DNA of 64,000 nt from an uncultured bacterium (GTDB taxonomy: Bacteria; Fidelibacterota; UBA2242), in assembly GCA_964441235.1 (NCBI GenBank), contig CAYTUQ010000002.1:96110-160109 (forward strand), in the 5' to 3' direction. Below, piece by piece: positions 20,582 through 31,500 of this stretch. Within the stretch, counting starts at the first letter, position 1. Every line of letters begins with the position of its first letter. The position numbers and the translations under genes are program-made. The notes below the pieces were generated by a model. The model was not told the DNA's origin, did no database searches, and saw only the letters and a list, made by a program, of their open reading frames with translations.

Positions 20582-21700
20582 ATGGATAAAGTTGACATAG
20601 TTATAGTTGGTGCCGGTGTTGTCGGTCTGGCTATTGCTTACCGGCTTTCGAAAATGAATAGAGAAATTATTCTTCTTGAAAAACATGAAAAATTCGGAAT
20701 GGAAGCATCATCCAGAAATAGTGAAGTAATTCATGCCGGTATATACTATCCCTCTGATTCTTTAAAAGCCAGGTTCTGTATCGATGGAAACCACCTGTTA
20801 TACGAATTGTGCAAAAAGTACAACATTCCTTACAAAAAAACGGTCAAACTTATTGTGGCTAATACAAAAGAAGAGAAAGAGAATGTTGAATCTCTTTTTC
20901 AACAGGGAAAAGAAAATGGTGTTTCGGGACTTGAGCTTCTCTCCGAACCACAGATTAAAAATTTAGAGCCGAATATCAGAGCCAACTTCGCTTTACTCAG
21001 CCGAGAAACCGGCATTATTGATACTCACCAATTAATGAAGTTTTATGAAACGCAATCAGAATCCAATGATGTTATTATTGCTTACCAGTCTGAAGTTGCA
21101 GGCATACAAAAAAACGGCGACTTCTTTACACTGGACATTCTTGATTCTGACGGAGAGCATTTTCAGATTGGATCCTCAATAGTTATAAATTCTGCAGGTA
21201 TCTCTGCTGATAAAATCGCCTTAATGGCAGGTATTGATATCGACAAAGCCGGGTATCGAATTCATCCCTGTAAAGGCGAATACTTTAGCATCTCCAATCG
21301 GCACTGTGGTAAAATCGAACATTTGATTTATCCAACTCCCTCCGTTAATAATCTTGGTATCCATGCAACACTACGGCTGGACGGAACTCTAACGCTTGGG
21401 CCAAGCGCTTTCTATGTCGATGAATTTAGTTATGATGTAGATGCAGCACATCAGGAAGAATTTTTTAACAGCACAAAAAAGTTTTTACCTTTCCTGGATT
21501 ACGACGATCTTTCTCCTGAAATGTCCGGAATACGTGCAAAACTTCAAGCAAAAGGGGAAGGGTTCCGAGATTTTATTATACAGGCGGAAAGCGGAAAAGG
21601 CTTGTCTGGTCTAATTAATCTCATCGGAATAGAGTCGCCGGGCTTAACTGCTTCGCCCGCTATTGCGGAATATGTAGAAGACCTCATGAATAATTTGTAA
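20582..21700 (+). CDS. FAD-dependent oxidoreductase, L-2-hydroxyglutarate oxidase (LhgO/YgaF)-like
   Basis: 372 aa. Dinucleotide fold VIVGAGVVGLAIA. SRNSEVIHAGIYYP and HPCKGEY..LIYP blocks parallel E. coli LhgO. Confidence 0.7.
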   Translation: MDKVDIVIVGAGVVGLAIAYRLSKMNREIILLEKHEKFGMEASSRNSEVIHAGIYYPSDSLKARFCIDGNHLLYELCKKYNIPYKKTVKLIVANTKEEKENVESLFQQGKENGVSGLELLSEPQIKNLEPNIRANFALLSRETGIIDTHQLMKFYETQSESNDVIIAYQSEVAGIQKNGDFFTLDILDSDGEHFQIGSSIVINSAGISADKIALMAGIDIDKAGYRIHPCKGEYFSISNRHCGKIEHLIYPTPSVNNLGIHATLRLDGTLTLGPSAFYVDEFSYDVDAAHQEEFFNSTKKFLPFLDYDDLSPEMSGIRAKLQAKGEGFRDFIIQAESGKGLSGLINLIGIESPGLTASPAIAEYVEDLMNNL

Positions 21701-21738
21701 AGTTAGCAGGTGTTATGCAATAAGTTATTACTGTGCAT

Positions 21739-24618
21739 TTAAAAACTACTTTCAACAATCTTTATTTCATCTTCTGTTAAACCGTAAAGTTCATAAACCA
21801 TCCGGTCTATCTCTTTGTCAGTTTGTGATATTTGAGTTTGCAGATTGTTTATTTCCGCTTTGTATGATTCGAAATACTCCTCCCACTCGTCCTGCTGAAC
21901 AAGTGAAAGTTGTATTTTCTGCTTATTGAGTTCTGAAACAAATGTTTTAAAATCGTAATTGTAAAATGATTCTAACTTTTTGCTGATTTTTTCTACTTCC
22001 AAATTGTCTTTTACTCTACGCAAAAGCCTGTTTTTCTTTTCTTGTAGCTGCTTGTTCAATTCAAGCATTTGGTCGGATTTTGCGATGAAGGGTAGTTGCA
22101 GTTCCTTTGAGATTTCCTTTATTGGTATTTCTTTGACTTGTGCAATTCTTATCTTTGGAAACACATCAGTATTTGCAGTAAATTTAGAACGATAATAAAA
22201 CTGTATTAACGAAGAGTTAATAATACTCAATAAATAAAAAGGACTAAAGTAATCTTTAATAATTTTAATGGAATATAGACTTCTATTCTGTTGAATAGAC
22301 TCCTCTGTATAAAAAGCTGTAATTCTATTTCCTGTTTCTCGAATAACAACTCTTTGACCTGAGAAATAAAATTCATCTTTTCTAAACTGGTTATATGTTT
22401 CACTCGAAATATATTTATTTTTATAAATAATATACCTTCCAATAACATCGCCTGTTAGTATTGGTACTGAACCAACTTCAGAAACTTTATCTTTTCCTAT
22501 TTCAAGTCCCCTTTGTATTTTTGAGAAATTCTTTATACAAGTTGATTGATATTCAATTTTTGTAATTATTTTGCTGCCAGGAATAAATTTATTCCAATTC
22601 TGTTCAGTATTTTTCCATTTGCGGATATTTAATATTGCTGTTGGCATTTGAACGTCTTGAAAAACACCATCCCCTTTATCTAATATTTCTTGTATATCTA
22701 CATTCTGTAAAAGAAAATTTCTTAAGCTACTGTAATTTAATCCTTTAATAAAAAGTGAAGGAACAATAAATGAAAAAGCTGCGTTAATTTTTAAAAGTTT
22801 AATTCCTTTTTCAATAAAATAGGCATATAAATCTCCACAATTAGCTGTCTCAAAACGATTAAGATAATAATCTTGATATTTCGTTACTTGAACATACGGC
22901 GGATTTCCAATCACTACATCAAAACCACCATTTTGCATTATTTCTGGGAATTCCTTATTCCAGTCAAAAGCTTTATCTCCTGCAACTTCAGGATCATCAA
23001 TCAGTGAGTTTCCACATTTAATATTGCTGTTAAGGTCAGAAAGTTGGCGCCCTTTTTTAGCAGTGCGCAGCCAGAGTGAAAGCCGTGCAATCTCAACTGA
23101 TTCTTCATTAATATCAACGCCGTAAAGGTTGTTTTCCAAAACGGCTTTATCAATGTCAAATAGGGATAATTGACCACAGGATAATTCTGTTTCGATATCC
23201 CATATACTTTTATGTTCTGCAATTAAAAAGTTTAGAGCCTGAATTAAAAAAGCGCCGCTGCCACAAGCGGGATCGAGTATTTTAAGAGACAGAAGCCACT
23301 CTTTATACTCTTCAAGCTTTTTTACAAGTTCTTCTCCTTTCTTTGATAAACGGACTACACTCCCTGCTGATTTGGATTTATTAAAACAGGTATCATCAAT
23401 ATCGATATCGTTAATACAAAGTTCTTCTTTTTTATCTTTGCAAAGTGTGCCGATGGTGTTTTCTATAATGTATTGAGTGATATATTTGGGAGTGTAAAAA
23501 ATTCCTTCCTTTTTGCGTTTTGTTTGCTTTTTGATAATTGGTTCGCCTTGAATCTCTGCCGTTATTTCTTCAATTTCGTTAAGAGAATGTTCAAAAATAT
23601 GGCCAAGAATATTTACATCAATATCTGTGTTAAAATCGTAAGACGAAAGTTTTAAACTATCATCTTTTAGTATTTCATCATCTATCTTGATATTATTTAA
23701 AATATCATCAGGAGCAAACAGACCGCCGTTGTATGGTGGCAGTTCATAGTTTTTATATTTATGTCCTTTGTCTAAATGCTCAAAAAACAGCTTAAATCTT
23801 CTGTATAAAGGCTGATAAGCTTCAAGTTCTTGTAGTTTCTTCCAATGTTCTACAATTGTTGAAATTGCGTTCGGTGGAATCAGACCTGTATCCTCGGCAA
23901 ACAAGATGAACAGGAGCCGGTCTAACAGTTTTTGTGATTTTTTAAAGAGAATTAATTTATCGTACTGTGGATTATTTTTTACAATATTGTTAAATATTTT
24001 ACGTTTGAATTGAGAATAATCTTGATATAGCTGTTTGGAGATATTTTCTTCATGTAAAACAGATTCATTCTTTAACTTTAAAGGAATATCAAAAAAGATG
24101 CTCTCTTTACTTAAAATGAGATAAAGAATTTTGAAGTTCTCTTCATTCAATTTAAAAAGATTGAATTCTTCGAAATCAGTGGCGTTATCAATATAAAATC
24201 GTATTCTCTCAAAATTAGAGGTAATAATATAACGACAGGAAGGTTGATGATTTTTATAACTGAATGCTTGTTCTGTAATTGATTCGAGATCGGTCGTTTT
24301 TGTTGATTTTAGTTCAATAACACCGATAGCATTACCATTTCTTAAAATTGCGCCATCAGCTTTGCGGGCATCCGTAAGATTTTTAAATTCAGTAGTCAGA
24401 TTATAATTTTCATCCGGATTAATTTTGTATCCTAAAACCTGGACAAAAATTTCTCGCAGGAAACCCTCTTGATAGTTTTCTTCTTTTAAAAGCCGGATAT
24501 TCTCTATGCGTTGATAATTACCATAGAATTGCTTGAATTTTTGGAAGGCAATCTCAATTGTAGATTCGGAAAGATTTTTAATGTATTTATTGATTACAGA
24601 TTTTTGAAATAATGACAT
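21739..24618 (-). CDS. Type IIG (MmeI/Eco57I-like) single-chain restriction endonuclease / N6-adenine DNA methyltransferase
   Basis: 959 aa. N-terminal PD-(D/E)xK-like KADGAIL..IGVIELKS with YIITSNFERIRFY. RLLFILFAEDTGLIP helical linker as in MmeI. SAM motif I ILDPACGSGAFL. Catalytic motif IV VVIGNPPYV. C-terminal TaqI_C-like target-recognition region. Confidence 0.85.
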   Translation of the reverse strand: MSLFQKSVINKYIKNLSESTIEIAFQKFKQFYGNYQRIENIRLLKEENYQEGFLREIFVQVLGYKINPDENYNLTTEFKNLTDARKADGAILRNGNAIGVIELKSTKTTDLESITEQAFSYKNHQPSCRYIITSNFERIRFYIDNATDFEEFNLFKLNEENFKILYLILSKESIFFDIPLKLKNESVLHEENISKQLYQDYSQFKRKIFNNIVKNNPQYDKLILFKKSQKLLDRLLFILFAEDTGLIPPNAISTIVEHWKKLQELEAYQPLYRRFKLFFEHLDKGHKYKNYELPPYNGGLFAPDDILNNIKIDDEILKDDSLKLSSYDFNTDIDVNILGHIFEHSLNEIEEITAEIQGEPIIKKQTKRKKEGIFYTPKYITQYIIENTIGTLCKDKKEELCINDIDIDDTCFNKSKSAGSVVRLSKKGEELVKKLEEYKEWLLSLKILDPACGSGAFLIQALNFLIAEHKSIWDIETELSCGQLSLFDIDKAVLENNLYGVDINEESVEIARLSLWLRTAKKGRQLSDLNSNIKCGNSLIDDPEVAGDKAFDWNKEFPEIMQNGGFDVVIGNPPYVQVTKYQDYYLNRFETANCGDLYAYFIEKGIKLLKINAAFSFIVPSLFIKGLNYSSLRNFLLQNVDIQEILDKGDGVFQDVQMPTAILNIRKWKNTEQNWNKFIPGSKIITKIEYQSTCIKNFSKIQRGLEIGKDKVSEVGSVPILTGDVIGRYIIYKNKYISSETYNQFRKDEFYFSGQRVVIRETGNRITAFYTEESIQQNRSLYSIKIIKDYFSPFYLLSIINSSLIQFYYRSKFTANTDVFPKIRIAQVKEIPIKEISKELQLPFIAKSDQMLELNKQLQEKKNRLLRRVKDNLEVEKISKKLESFYNYDFKTFVSELNKQKIQLSLVQQDEWEEYFESYKAEINNLQTQISQTDKEIDRMVYELYGLTEDEIKIVESSF

Positions 24619-24681
24619 GAAAGGAATTTAATATAAATATGAGATTTTATACAATTTAATTATGGATTATAATGTAATCTC

Positions 24682-24846
24682 TCAATTACCAGGAATAAAC
24701 CTCCGATAAACCGGAGCAGACCGTTTGCTAATGGTATCCCTCTGGGAAAAACGGTTGTAATGCGGAGAGGGAGTTTCAATTAAAACTTTCGCAGATTTCA
24801 GATTTTCAAAAGAATATTCAAACCAACTTTTAGTTTCATCTTTCAT
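24682..24846 (-). pseudogene. HEPN-domain toxin remnant: only the first ~30 codons are HEPN-like, the rest is hairpin-repeat sequence
   Basis: Own translation: MKDETKSWFEYSFENLKSAKVLIETPSPHYN|RFSQRDTISKRSAPVYRRFIPGN*. The start overlaps the MNT stop by 11 nt, the usual MNT-HEPN coupling. No RxxxxH motif. The 3' part coincides with modules CTCCGATAAACCGGAG and ACCGTTTG..AAAACGGT. Confidence 0.65.
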
Positions 24847-25144
24847 AAATCATCTCTCCATTTTTAATTTCTGAAAGGAACCAATTGTCGGAAATCCCAG
24901 GTTTGATTGGAATTATATCGAGAGGAATTTTGCTAGCAATTTTTCTTGTTAATTTTCGATACTTCATTGCTAAAGATAAATATGATTCTTCACTATCCTG
25001 AAAAACTGCAATATCTATGTCTTTAGGATTTTCTGAATTAATAAAAGAGCCAAAAACAACGATTTTCCTTATTTCGCTTTCTCTTGATAAAATTTCTCTT
25101 ATTTCTTGTTTTAGTCTATCTCTTATTTCTTTTGTTAAATTCAT
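24836..25144 (-). CDS. Nucleotidyltransferase-domain (MNT) antitoxin
   Basis: 102 aa. VVFGSFINSENPKDIDIAVF is the GSx(n)DxD minimal nucleotidyltransferase signature. Confidence 0.85.
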   Translation of the reverse strand: MNLTKEIRDRLKQEIREILSRESEIRKIVVFGSFINSENPKDIDIAVFQDSEESYLSLAMKYRKLTRKIASKIPLDIIPIKPGISDNWFLSEIKNGEMIYER

Positions 25145-25344
25145 TTTTCTACTTTATTTATTATTAAATTCTAAGACAAAAAAAATTAGAATCAATACAT
25201 ATTTTTCAGAAGTCATGTATATCAGCCATCTTCTGTTTCCCGAATATAATCTATTGTTATTTTCTATTTGAAGCACAAATGAACAGTAAATTTGTTACTT
25301 TTATATGTCCCTCAATTAATAAATCTTCGTATTGAGCTAACACC

Positions 25345-26754
25345 TTAAACAAGTTTCGCAATTACCTCAATATGCGGCGTATGAGGAAACATATCAATCG
25401 GTTGGACTGAATCAATCCTGTAATTCCCCCTATCTGCAATTAACTTCAAATCTCTCACCTGTGTAGCGGGATTGCATGATACATATACGATTTTAGATGG
25501 ATGAATCTGTATAATATCATTAACAAGTTTCGGGTGCATGCCACTGCGGGGCGGGTCTATTATAATCAAGTCCGGAGAGGGTAATTCTTTCAACAACTCA
25601 GGTTCCTTTCGAAAGAGTTTATCAAGGTTCCCTTCGATGAACCTGACATTCTCAATTCCATTCAGTTTTGCGTTCTCATTCGCATCCCTAATTGCTTCGG
25701 GGACAATCTCAAAGCCAATCACATTTTTTACGCAAGAAGCCAAATAAAGTGCAATAGTCCCTGTGCCGCAGTACAGATCCCAAACAAACTCGTCTTTTTC
25801 AAGTCCAGAAAAATTCTTAACAACCTCGTATAACTTCTCTGCCATTAATGTATTGGTTTGAAAGAATGAGCTGGGTGATATTTTAAATGTAAGTTCTCCC
25901 AGCTTTTCTTCAATATACTGTTTCCCATAAAGCAGGTTTGTCTTCTCTCCTATTGTAGTTCCGGAAATACTGGTATTTATCGTATTTACAAAACTTGTAA
26001 GGTTTGGCAATTTTTCAGACAATTCGTCTGCAAGCGGCATAAGTAATTCAGGTGAATCAGAGCTGGTAACGATATTTACCATCAATTGGTCTGTTTTTTG
26101 TCCTTTCCGGATAACAAGATGTCTTAGAAATCCTTTATGGCTTTTTTGGTCATAAGGTGAGAATTTATTTCTCAGTGCAAAATTGCGGACAGAAGAAAGT
26201 AAAATGCCGGATTCCTCCGGGGCTATAATGCAATCATCAATATCTATTGCTTTCCAGTAATTCCCCGACGCTCTGAGACCAAGAGTAAAATCTTTCTGCT
26301 TCTCTTTATCCAGACCATCTATTATCCATCTTCTATTCGAGAAAGCGAATTCCATTTTATTGCGATAACGGAATATTTTATCGGAGGAGACAGGAAAATT
26401 AACAACCGTCTCTTTAAATCCACCAAGATGATGGTAAAGTTCTTTGACCTGATTGTGTAATTGCTTTAGCTGTTCCTCATATTGAAGATTCTGATGTTTG
26501 CAGCCGCCGCAATGTCCAAAATAGGGACAAGGAGGTATTATTTCATTATCACTTCTTCTAATAACCTCCAGAACTCTTGCTTCGCCGTAATTTGAAGTTG
26601 CTTTCGTTATGTGAGCTTTAACAACACGTCCCGGGACAGCACAATTTGGAATGAAAATGATATAATCATCCACATGGACAATTCCTTTACCACCGAAAGC
26701 CAAGCTTTCAATCGTTAGCTCTAATTCCTGATGTTTCTTTACCGGAGGGGACAA
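25345..26754 (-). CDS. rlmD: 23S rRNA (uracil-C5)-methyltransferase RlmD/RumA family
   Basis: 469 aa. TRAM domain, 4-Cys cluster CPYFGHCGGCKHQ, SAM fold DLYCGTG, catalytic ..IIIDPPRSG.. and ..YVSCNP.. Confidence 0.9.
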   Translation of the reverse strand: MSPPVKKHQELELTIESLAFGGKGIVHVDDYIIFIPNCAVPGRVVKAHITKATSNYGEARVLEVIRRSDNEIIPPCPYFGHCGGCKHQNLQYEEQLKQLHNQVKELYHHLGGFKETVVNFPVSSDKIFRYRNKMEFAFSNRRWIIDGLDKEKQKDFTLGLRASGNYWKAIDIDDCIIAPEESGILLSSVRNFALRNKFSPYDQKSHKGFLRHLVIRKGQKTDQLMVNIVTSSDSPELLMPLADELSEKLPNLTSFVNTINTSISGTTIGEKTNLLYGKQYIEEKLGELTFKISPSSFFQTNTLMAEKLYEVVKNFSGLEKDEFVWDLYCGTGTIALYLASCVKNVIGFEIVPEAIRDANENAKLNGIENVRFIEGNLDKLFRKEPELLKELPSPDLIIIDPPRSGMHPKLVNDIIQIHPSKIVYVSCNPATQVRDLKLIADRGNYRIDSVQPIDMFPHTPHIEVIAKLV

Positions 26755-26815
26755 TTTTTCAGTTTCTTCTATGTCAATTATATATTATCACATTTCACGT
26801 TTTAAACTTCACGCT

Positions 26816-28525
26816 TCATATCTTCACTTCCACTTCATCTATCTGCGATGGGTCCATATACTTTTTTGCATATTTAAGATAAATTTTCTCATTGACAAAT
26901 ATCTTGAACAATTCCGGGTCAATGTGTCGGTCTTTTGCCATAAAACCCATAATCTTCATCGCTTCAGATAAAGTTTTACCTTTTTTATAAGGACGGTCTT
27001 TTGCGGTAAGCGCCTCAAAAATATCAGCCAGTGCCATCATCCTTGCTTGAGTAGAAAGCTGCTCATCTTTCAATCCATTTGGATAACCTGTCCCATCCAG
27101 TTTCTCATGATGACCACCTGCATATTCGGGCACTCGCCGCAATTTTTTCGGATACGGCAATTTCTCAAGCATCTTAATGGTAACAACAACATGATTATTT
27201 ATAATTTGCCGTTCTTCCTCGGTAAGAGTACCCTTAGGAATACAAAGATTTTTTATCTCATCCTCGGAAAGCAAAGACTTTTCCTCTTTGTTTATCTCAA
27301 TTTTCTCGCCACCTATTTTTCTTACACGTTCCTGTTTATCCTGTGCCATAAATTCTCCACCGACATTGGAAGTTTCGAGAAGTAAAAAGTCATCCTCTAT
27401 ATCTCTGACTTTTGCCTCATAAGCCTCTTCTAAGGTTTTTACATCTTCAAAAGACTTACCCTCTGCGATTCTGAGTTTATGTTTTAACAGTTCAATTTCA
27501 GCATCTCTCTTTAATACTTCAAATCTCATTTTTATTGTGTTTATCCTATCATAAATTGTTTCCAATTTTGCGGATTTATCTACAACATATTCAGGTGTTG
27601 TAATTTTGCCAACATCATGCATCCATGCAGCGATTCGTAGTTCTTTGAGTTGATCTTTGTTGAGATGAAAATGAGTGTACTTTCCGTAATCTATATTATC
27701 AACAACATCAGCAATCATCATGGTTAATTTCGCTACACGTTCGATGTGACCGCCTGTATAAGCCGATTTTTCATCAATTGCCGATGCAATTACCTGTATA
27801 AATGATTCCAACAACTGTTCCAAATCATGAATAAGGCGAGTATTGGTAATTGCTATAGCCGCTTGCGATGCCAGCGATACAATAAGCTCCTGATCAGGTG
27901 TTGAATATGGAACAGTTTCCTTCGTTAAAGGGTCTTGAGCATTTATGAGCTGCAGTACACCGATAATTTCATCCTCGTGGTTTCTCATAGGAACAACAAG
28001 CATAGATTTTGATCTGTAACCAGTTTTATTGTCAAAAGCCCGCGTCCCTGTAAAATCAAAACCCTCAACATCATAAACATCCGGAATATTTACAATTTTG
28101 CCCGTGAGAGCGACGTGAGCTGAAACCATCGCATGATTCGGTTTGCCATCCTGAAGATAAAGTTTCACGGGATACCAATCTATAGGATTACCGGAAGTTC
28201 CTCCCATCCTGATATTCAATGACCCGGTTTGTACAATCTCAAACCTTAAAGACCTTTCGTCGTCATTCATCATATAGAGTGTTCCACCGTCAGATTTCGT
28301 AAAATTGCGCGCCTCCTCAAGAATCATTTGAAGAAGTTTGGGCAAATTACGCTCTGCGGAGAGTGCCGCACCAATTTTTGAAAGCTGTTTTACCCTGTCA
28401 CACATATCGGACAAGGATTGGCGAATTTCAAAAGGGCTATCTAATATTTGCTTTTTCAGTTTTGTATTATCTTCAAAATAGGATAATAATTGGTCAATTC
28501 TCTCTGAACACTCGTTTTCTTTCAT
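26816..28525 (-). CDS. GAF-domain HD-GYP phosphodiesterase (cyclic-di-GMP signalling)
   Basis: 569 aa. GAF-like N-terminal half. HD..HDVGK and GGHHEKLDGTGYP motifs. Confidence 0.85.
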   Translation of the reverse strand: MKENECSERIDQLLSYFEDNTKLKKQILDSPFEIRQSLSDMCDRVKQLSKIGAALSAERNLPKLLQMILEEARNFTKSDGGTLYMMNDDERSLRFEIVQTGSLNIRMGGTSGNPIDWYPVKLYLQDGKPNHAMVSAHVALTGKIVNIPDVYDVEGFDFTGTRAFDNKTGYRSKSMLVVPMRNHEDEIIGVLQLINAQDPLTKETVPYSTPDQELIVSLASQAAIAITNTRLIHDLEQLLESFIQVIASAIDEKSAYTGGHIERVAKLTMMIADVVDNIDYGKYTHFHLNKDQLKELRIAAWMHDVGKITTPEYVVDKSAKLETIYDRINTIKMRFEVLKRDAEIELLKHKLRIAEGKSFEDVKTLEEAYEAKVRDIEDDFLLLETSNVGGEFMAQDKQERVRKIGGEKIEINKEEKSLLSEDEIKNLCIPKGTLTEEERQIINNHVVVTIKMLEKLPYPKKLRRVPEYAGGHHEKLDGTGYPNGLKDEQLSTQARMMALADIFEALTAKDRPYKKGKTLSEAMKIMGFMAKDRHIDPELFKIFVNEKIYLKYAKKYMDPSQIDEVEVKI

Positions 28526-28538
28526 AATGACTACCTAC

Positions 28539-31500
28539 TTAATGTTTAAAATATTCTCTGATTTTTGATTTTACATTAAAAGCCCGCTTTTCCGTTAAAA
28601 TCCAAATGACTCCGATAACAAGAATTAATATAAAAAAGTACGCACTCAATTTACCCCTGGGCGAGCCAAATTTAATAAAATCTACAATAGCACTTACCAT
28701 ATAAAACCCTAAGCCAGCACAAACATAAGCCGGTATATTGTCTTTTAAAAAATATTTTATTCCTATCCAGAGCCATAACACAAATAATGCAACCGAAATG
28801 TAATTAACTAAGAATTCCGGAATCGTACCAACATTTGACGGCATAAAGACAGCTATGAGAACAACTGGAATTAGAATTTTATAAATTGTTTTTGAAATAA
28901 TATTCTTCAGGGAAAAAGTTATAAGTCCAATCACACAAGCTGCTACTACACCCTTAAAACAAACTTGAATAAAAACATTCAGCGGCGGCAAATGTGAAGC
29001 AAGGAAGTTAGGTAATACAAAGTTAGGACTGGCTATTCCTCCTGTCCATGAAGAGGAAATGATCGAGGAAAATTTACTTATCGCAAACAATCCCATAATT
29101 AAAAGGGCAGAGGAAAAAACAGCATCTGTTGAATAAACCTGTCTCCGATCCTTCCTAAATGAATAGAGCAAATGTGGGTAAAGAACTACGATCGAAATTA
29201 TTAGAAGAAGTGTCAATCCCCAAACTCCAATACCCTTCAGTAAAGTTAGGAGTATCCACAGTATATTCCAAACTCCCAAAGACCAGGTTGTATTATAGCC
29301 TAGCTGTGCTTCCTTATAAAGTAAAATTTCTCCCAATATTACAAGCAAAGCGATAGCTAAGGAAACCACTATCGCTGGTTTCCATTCAACGGTTTGACTT
29401 TTAAATTTCTTCAGAAAGAACAGAATAGCTACAACAGCAAGCGCTACTATTATGCCAATCTGTAATCCTATACGAACAGAATCAGTAACGGTTCTTTGGG
29501 TTTGAATACGAACCCAATCTTCAGGTAATTTGTAAAAACGGTCAAAGGAAGATACTTCATCACCCCTTACGATTATTTTAAATCTTAACTTTCCTTTATT
29601 AATGTTAGAAGGATGCCCCATTCTGGCTTCCCATATAAAGGTGTGATCTGTTCTATTCTCGAGTTGCTGGGAAAATGCTTCCTTTAGCTCAAACTCCGAC
29701 AAATTAATATCTTGCTGTGCAAGAAAGGCTTCCGCTCTAAGAATTGCATTCTCCTTTGTTAGCGTATAACCGGGAGCGGTTTCTTCTATTATGTGGTTGA
29801 AGCTAACAACTACATTATCCATCGGATTCACATAAACTCTATACTCTTCTTTTTCCAACGGCTTAAAAAATCTTACATACCAAACAGATGAATTTGGAAG
29901 ATATTGAGCAAGAACCGTGTTCAATTTTTCCAACGAAGAATTTTCTATTGCATACTTTCCCCATATAGATTCATAATTCTTTTCTAAGCCAATAGCATAT
30001 TTGAAATTTTGTGGGTCCACACCCTTATTCTCAATAAACTTTTTTGCAGTATTTATTATCTCTTTCTTCTGAACAGGATAATGATAAAATTCCCCGACCT
30101 TTTCTGCGGGTATAAAAAAGGTAATTAAAAATATCAACCCTAAAATCGCCCCTGTTCTCAGCCTTTTTTTAGAAAGCGGTTTATATTTGATTTCGGGGAT
30201 AACCTTAACCTCTTCCTCAACTTCCACCGGTTTAACTATGCCTTCTATTTCATTCGTGATACCCCGGGAACTTGCGAATCTGCCATTTTTTATATACATA
30301 AAAAGATTGTACAAAAGAGGTATAAACATAATCCCCGCTGCTAACGCTCCGCTAATGACAAGATAAGTGCTTCCTGTTCTAATCAGTATTAATGATGAAT
30401 AGAGAGCATCAACTGTATAATGCCATACCAGTACAGTGAGAATATTTAGTTTTAAAAATACCACTCCGATGATTACACCAAAAATACTTACCTCAACTCC
30501 CCTTATCCAGAACGGCTGATTGGGGTAGTTCGCATGAGCAAATCCCCATATTGCTGCCGGGATTAGAATAGCCAGCACTTTAGATTTTAATAATCTTTCC
30601 AGGAATGGAATTGAAAACATTCGGAATGTAAATTCTTCAATAACTGCCGGTGCAAATCCTGCAAATATAACGAATATCCATGGGAATGCAGTGTTAAGTA
30701 TTCCTGAATATGGGACCTCGGCAGGTGACCATGCACCGTAACGCTTCGCAGAAAGATAAAAGAAAGTCTGAAACGCCATAAACAAAAAAGCCAATGAAAT
30801 TCCAACCAAGAGACTAAAAAAGAATCGCTTAGTCCTCATTCCCTGCAAACTGAAAGTCTTGGTCAGGGAAATTTTCTTTGTGTAATGCTGACGATAAAGA
30901 GTCTCTCCCGCTCCAGCAATCAGCGTCACTAAAAGCCCGAAGAAAAGAGATTTAAGGATTCCCAGAATTATTAATGTACCGTAAAAATTGCCCAGACTTT
31001 GATTTGTATCAAAATTATATACTGTTATCGGAATCCTGTTGAAAACAGAAAATAGCTGCAGGCAAAAAGTTATCACCCCAAAGATTACAGCTGTTTTTAA
31101 ACGAACATCTCTCTTTGAAATACGAATAATGGATATTATTAGCGCAGCAATTAAAATCATCAGAAAAAAGATTTCCGCAATCGCTGCTGTCGTGGTATTA
31201 AGAGACCGTAAATGCTTATATTCTCGCTTCCATTCTTCAGGAATCTTGAGATATTCCCTGTACTTACCAATCTTATTTCCCTGCACAAGAATCTCAAATC
31301 GGTAAGTAGCGTTGTAGACTTCTATACCCTTCTCTTTATAAGTAAATAAATAATCAACACGGTTTGGTTTAATTTCTGTCTTTTCGTCAACGAATTCCCA
31401 ATTCCCCATTTCCACTTCGAGAATATCCCTCAGGAAGGTATGGCTTAATCTACGCGCTTCATCAATTGGCAAACTTGGAGATGAAGCTTCTTCGGGAATA

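Noticed and set aside
21739-24618. BREX PglX-type methyltransferase / BREX system.
   Set aside because: No PglZ, BrxC, BrxL or BrxA/B genes flank it. The N-terminal PD-(D/E)xK-like motif and ~960-aa size fit a stand-alone Type IIG enzyme better.
25309-25334. Hairpin CTCAAT..ATTGAG downstream of rlmD as a terminator.
   Set aside because: It has only a 6-bp AT-rich stem, a long loop and no clear U-tract.
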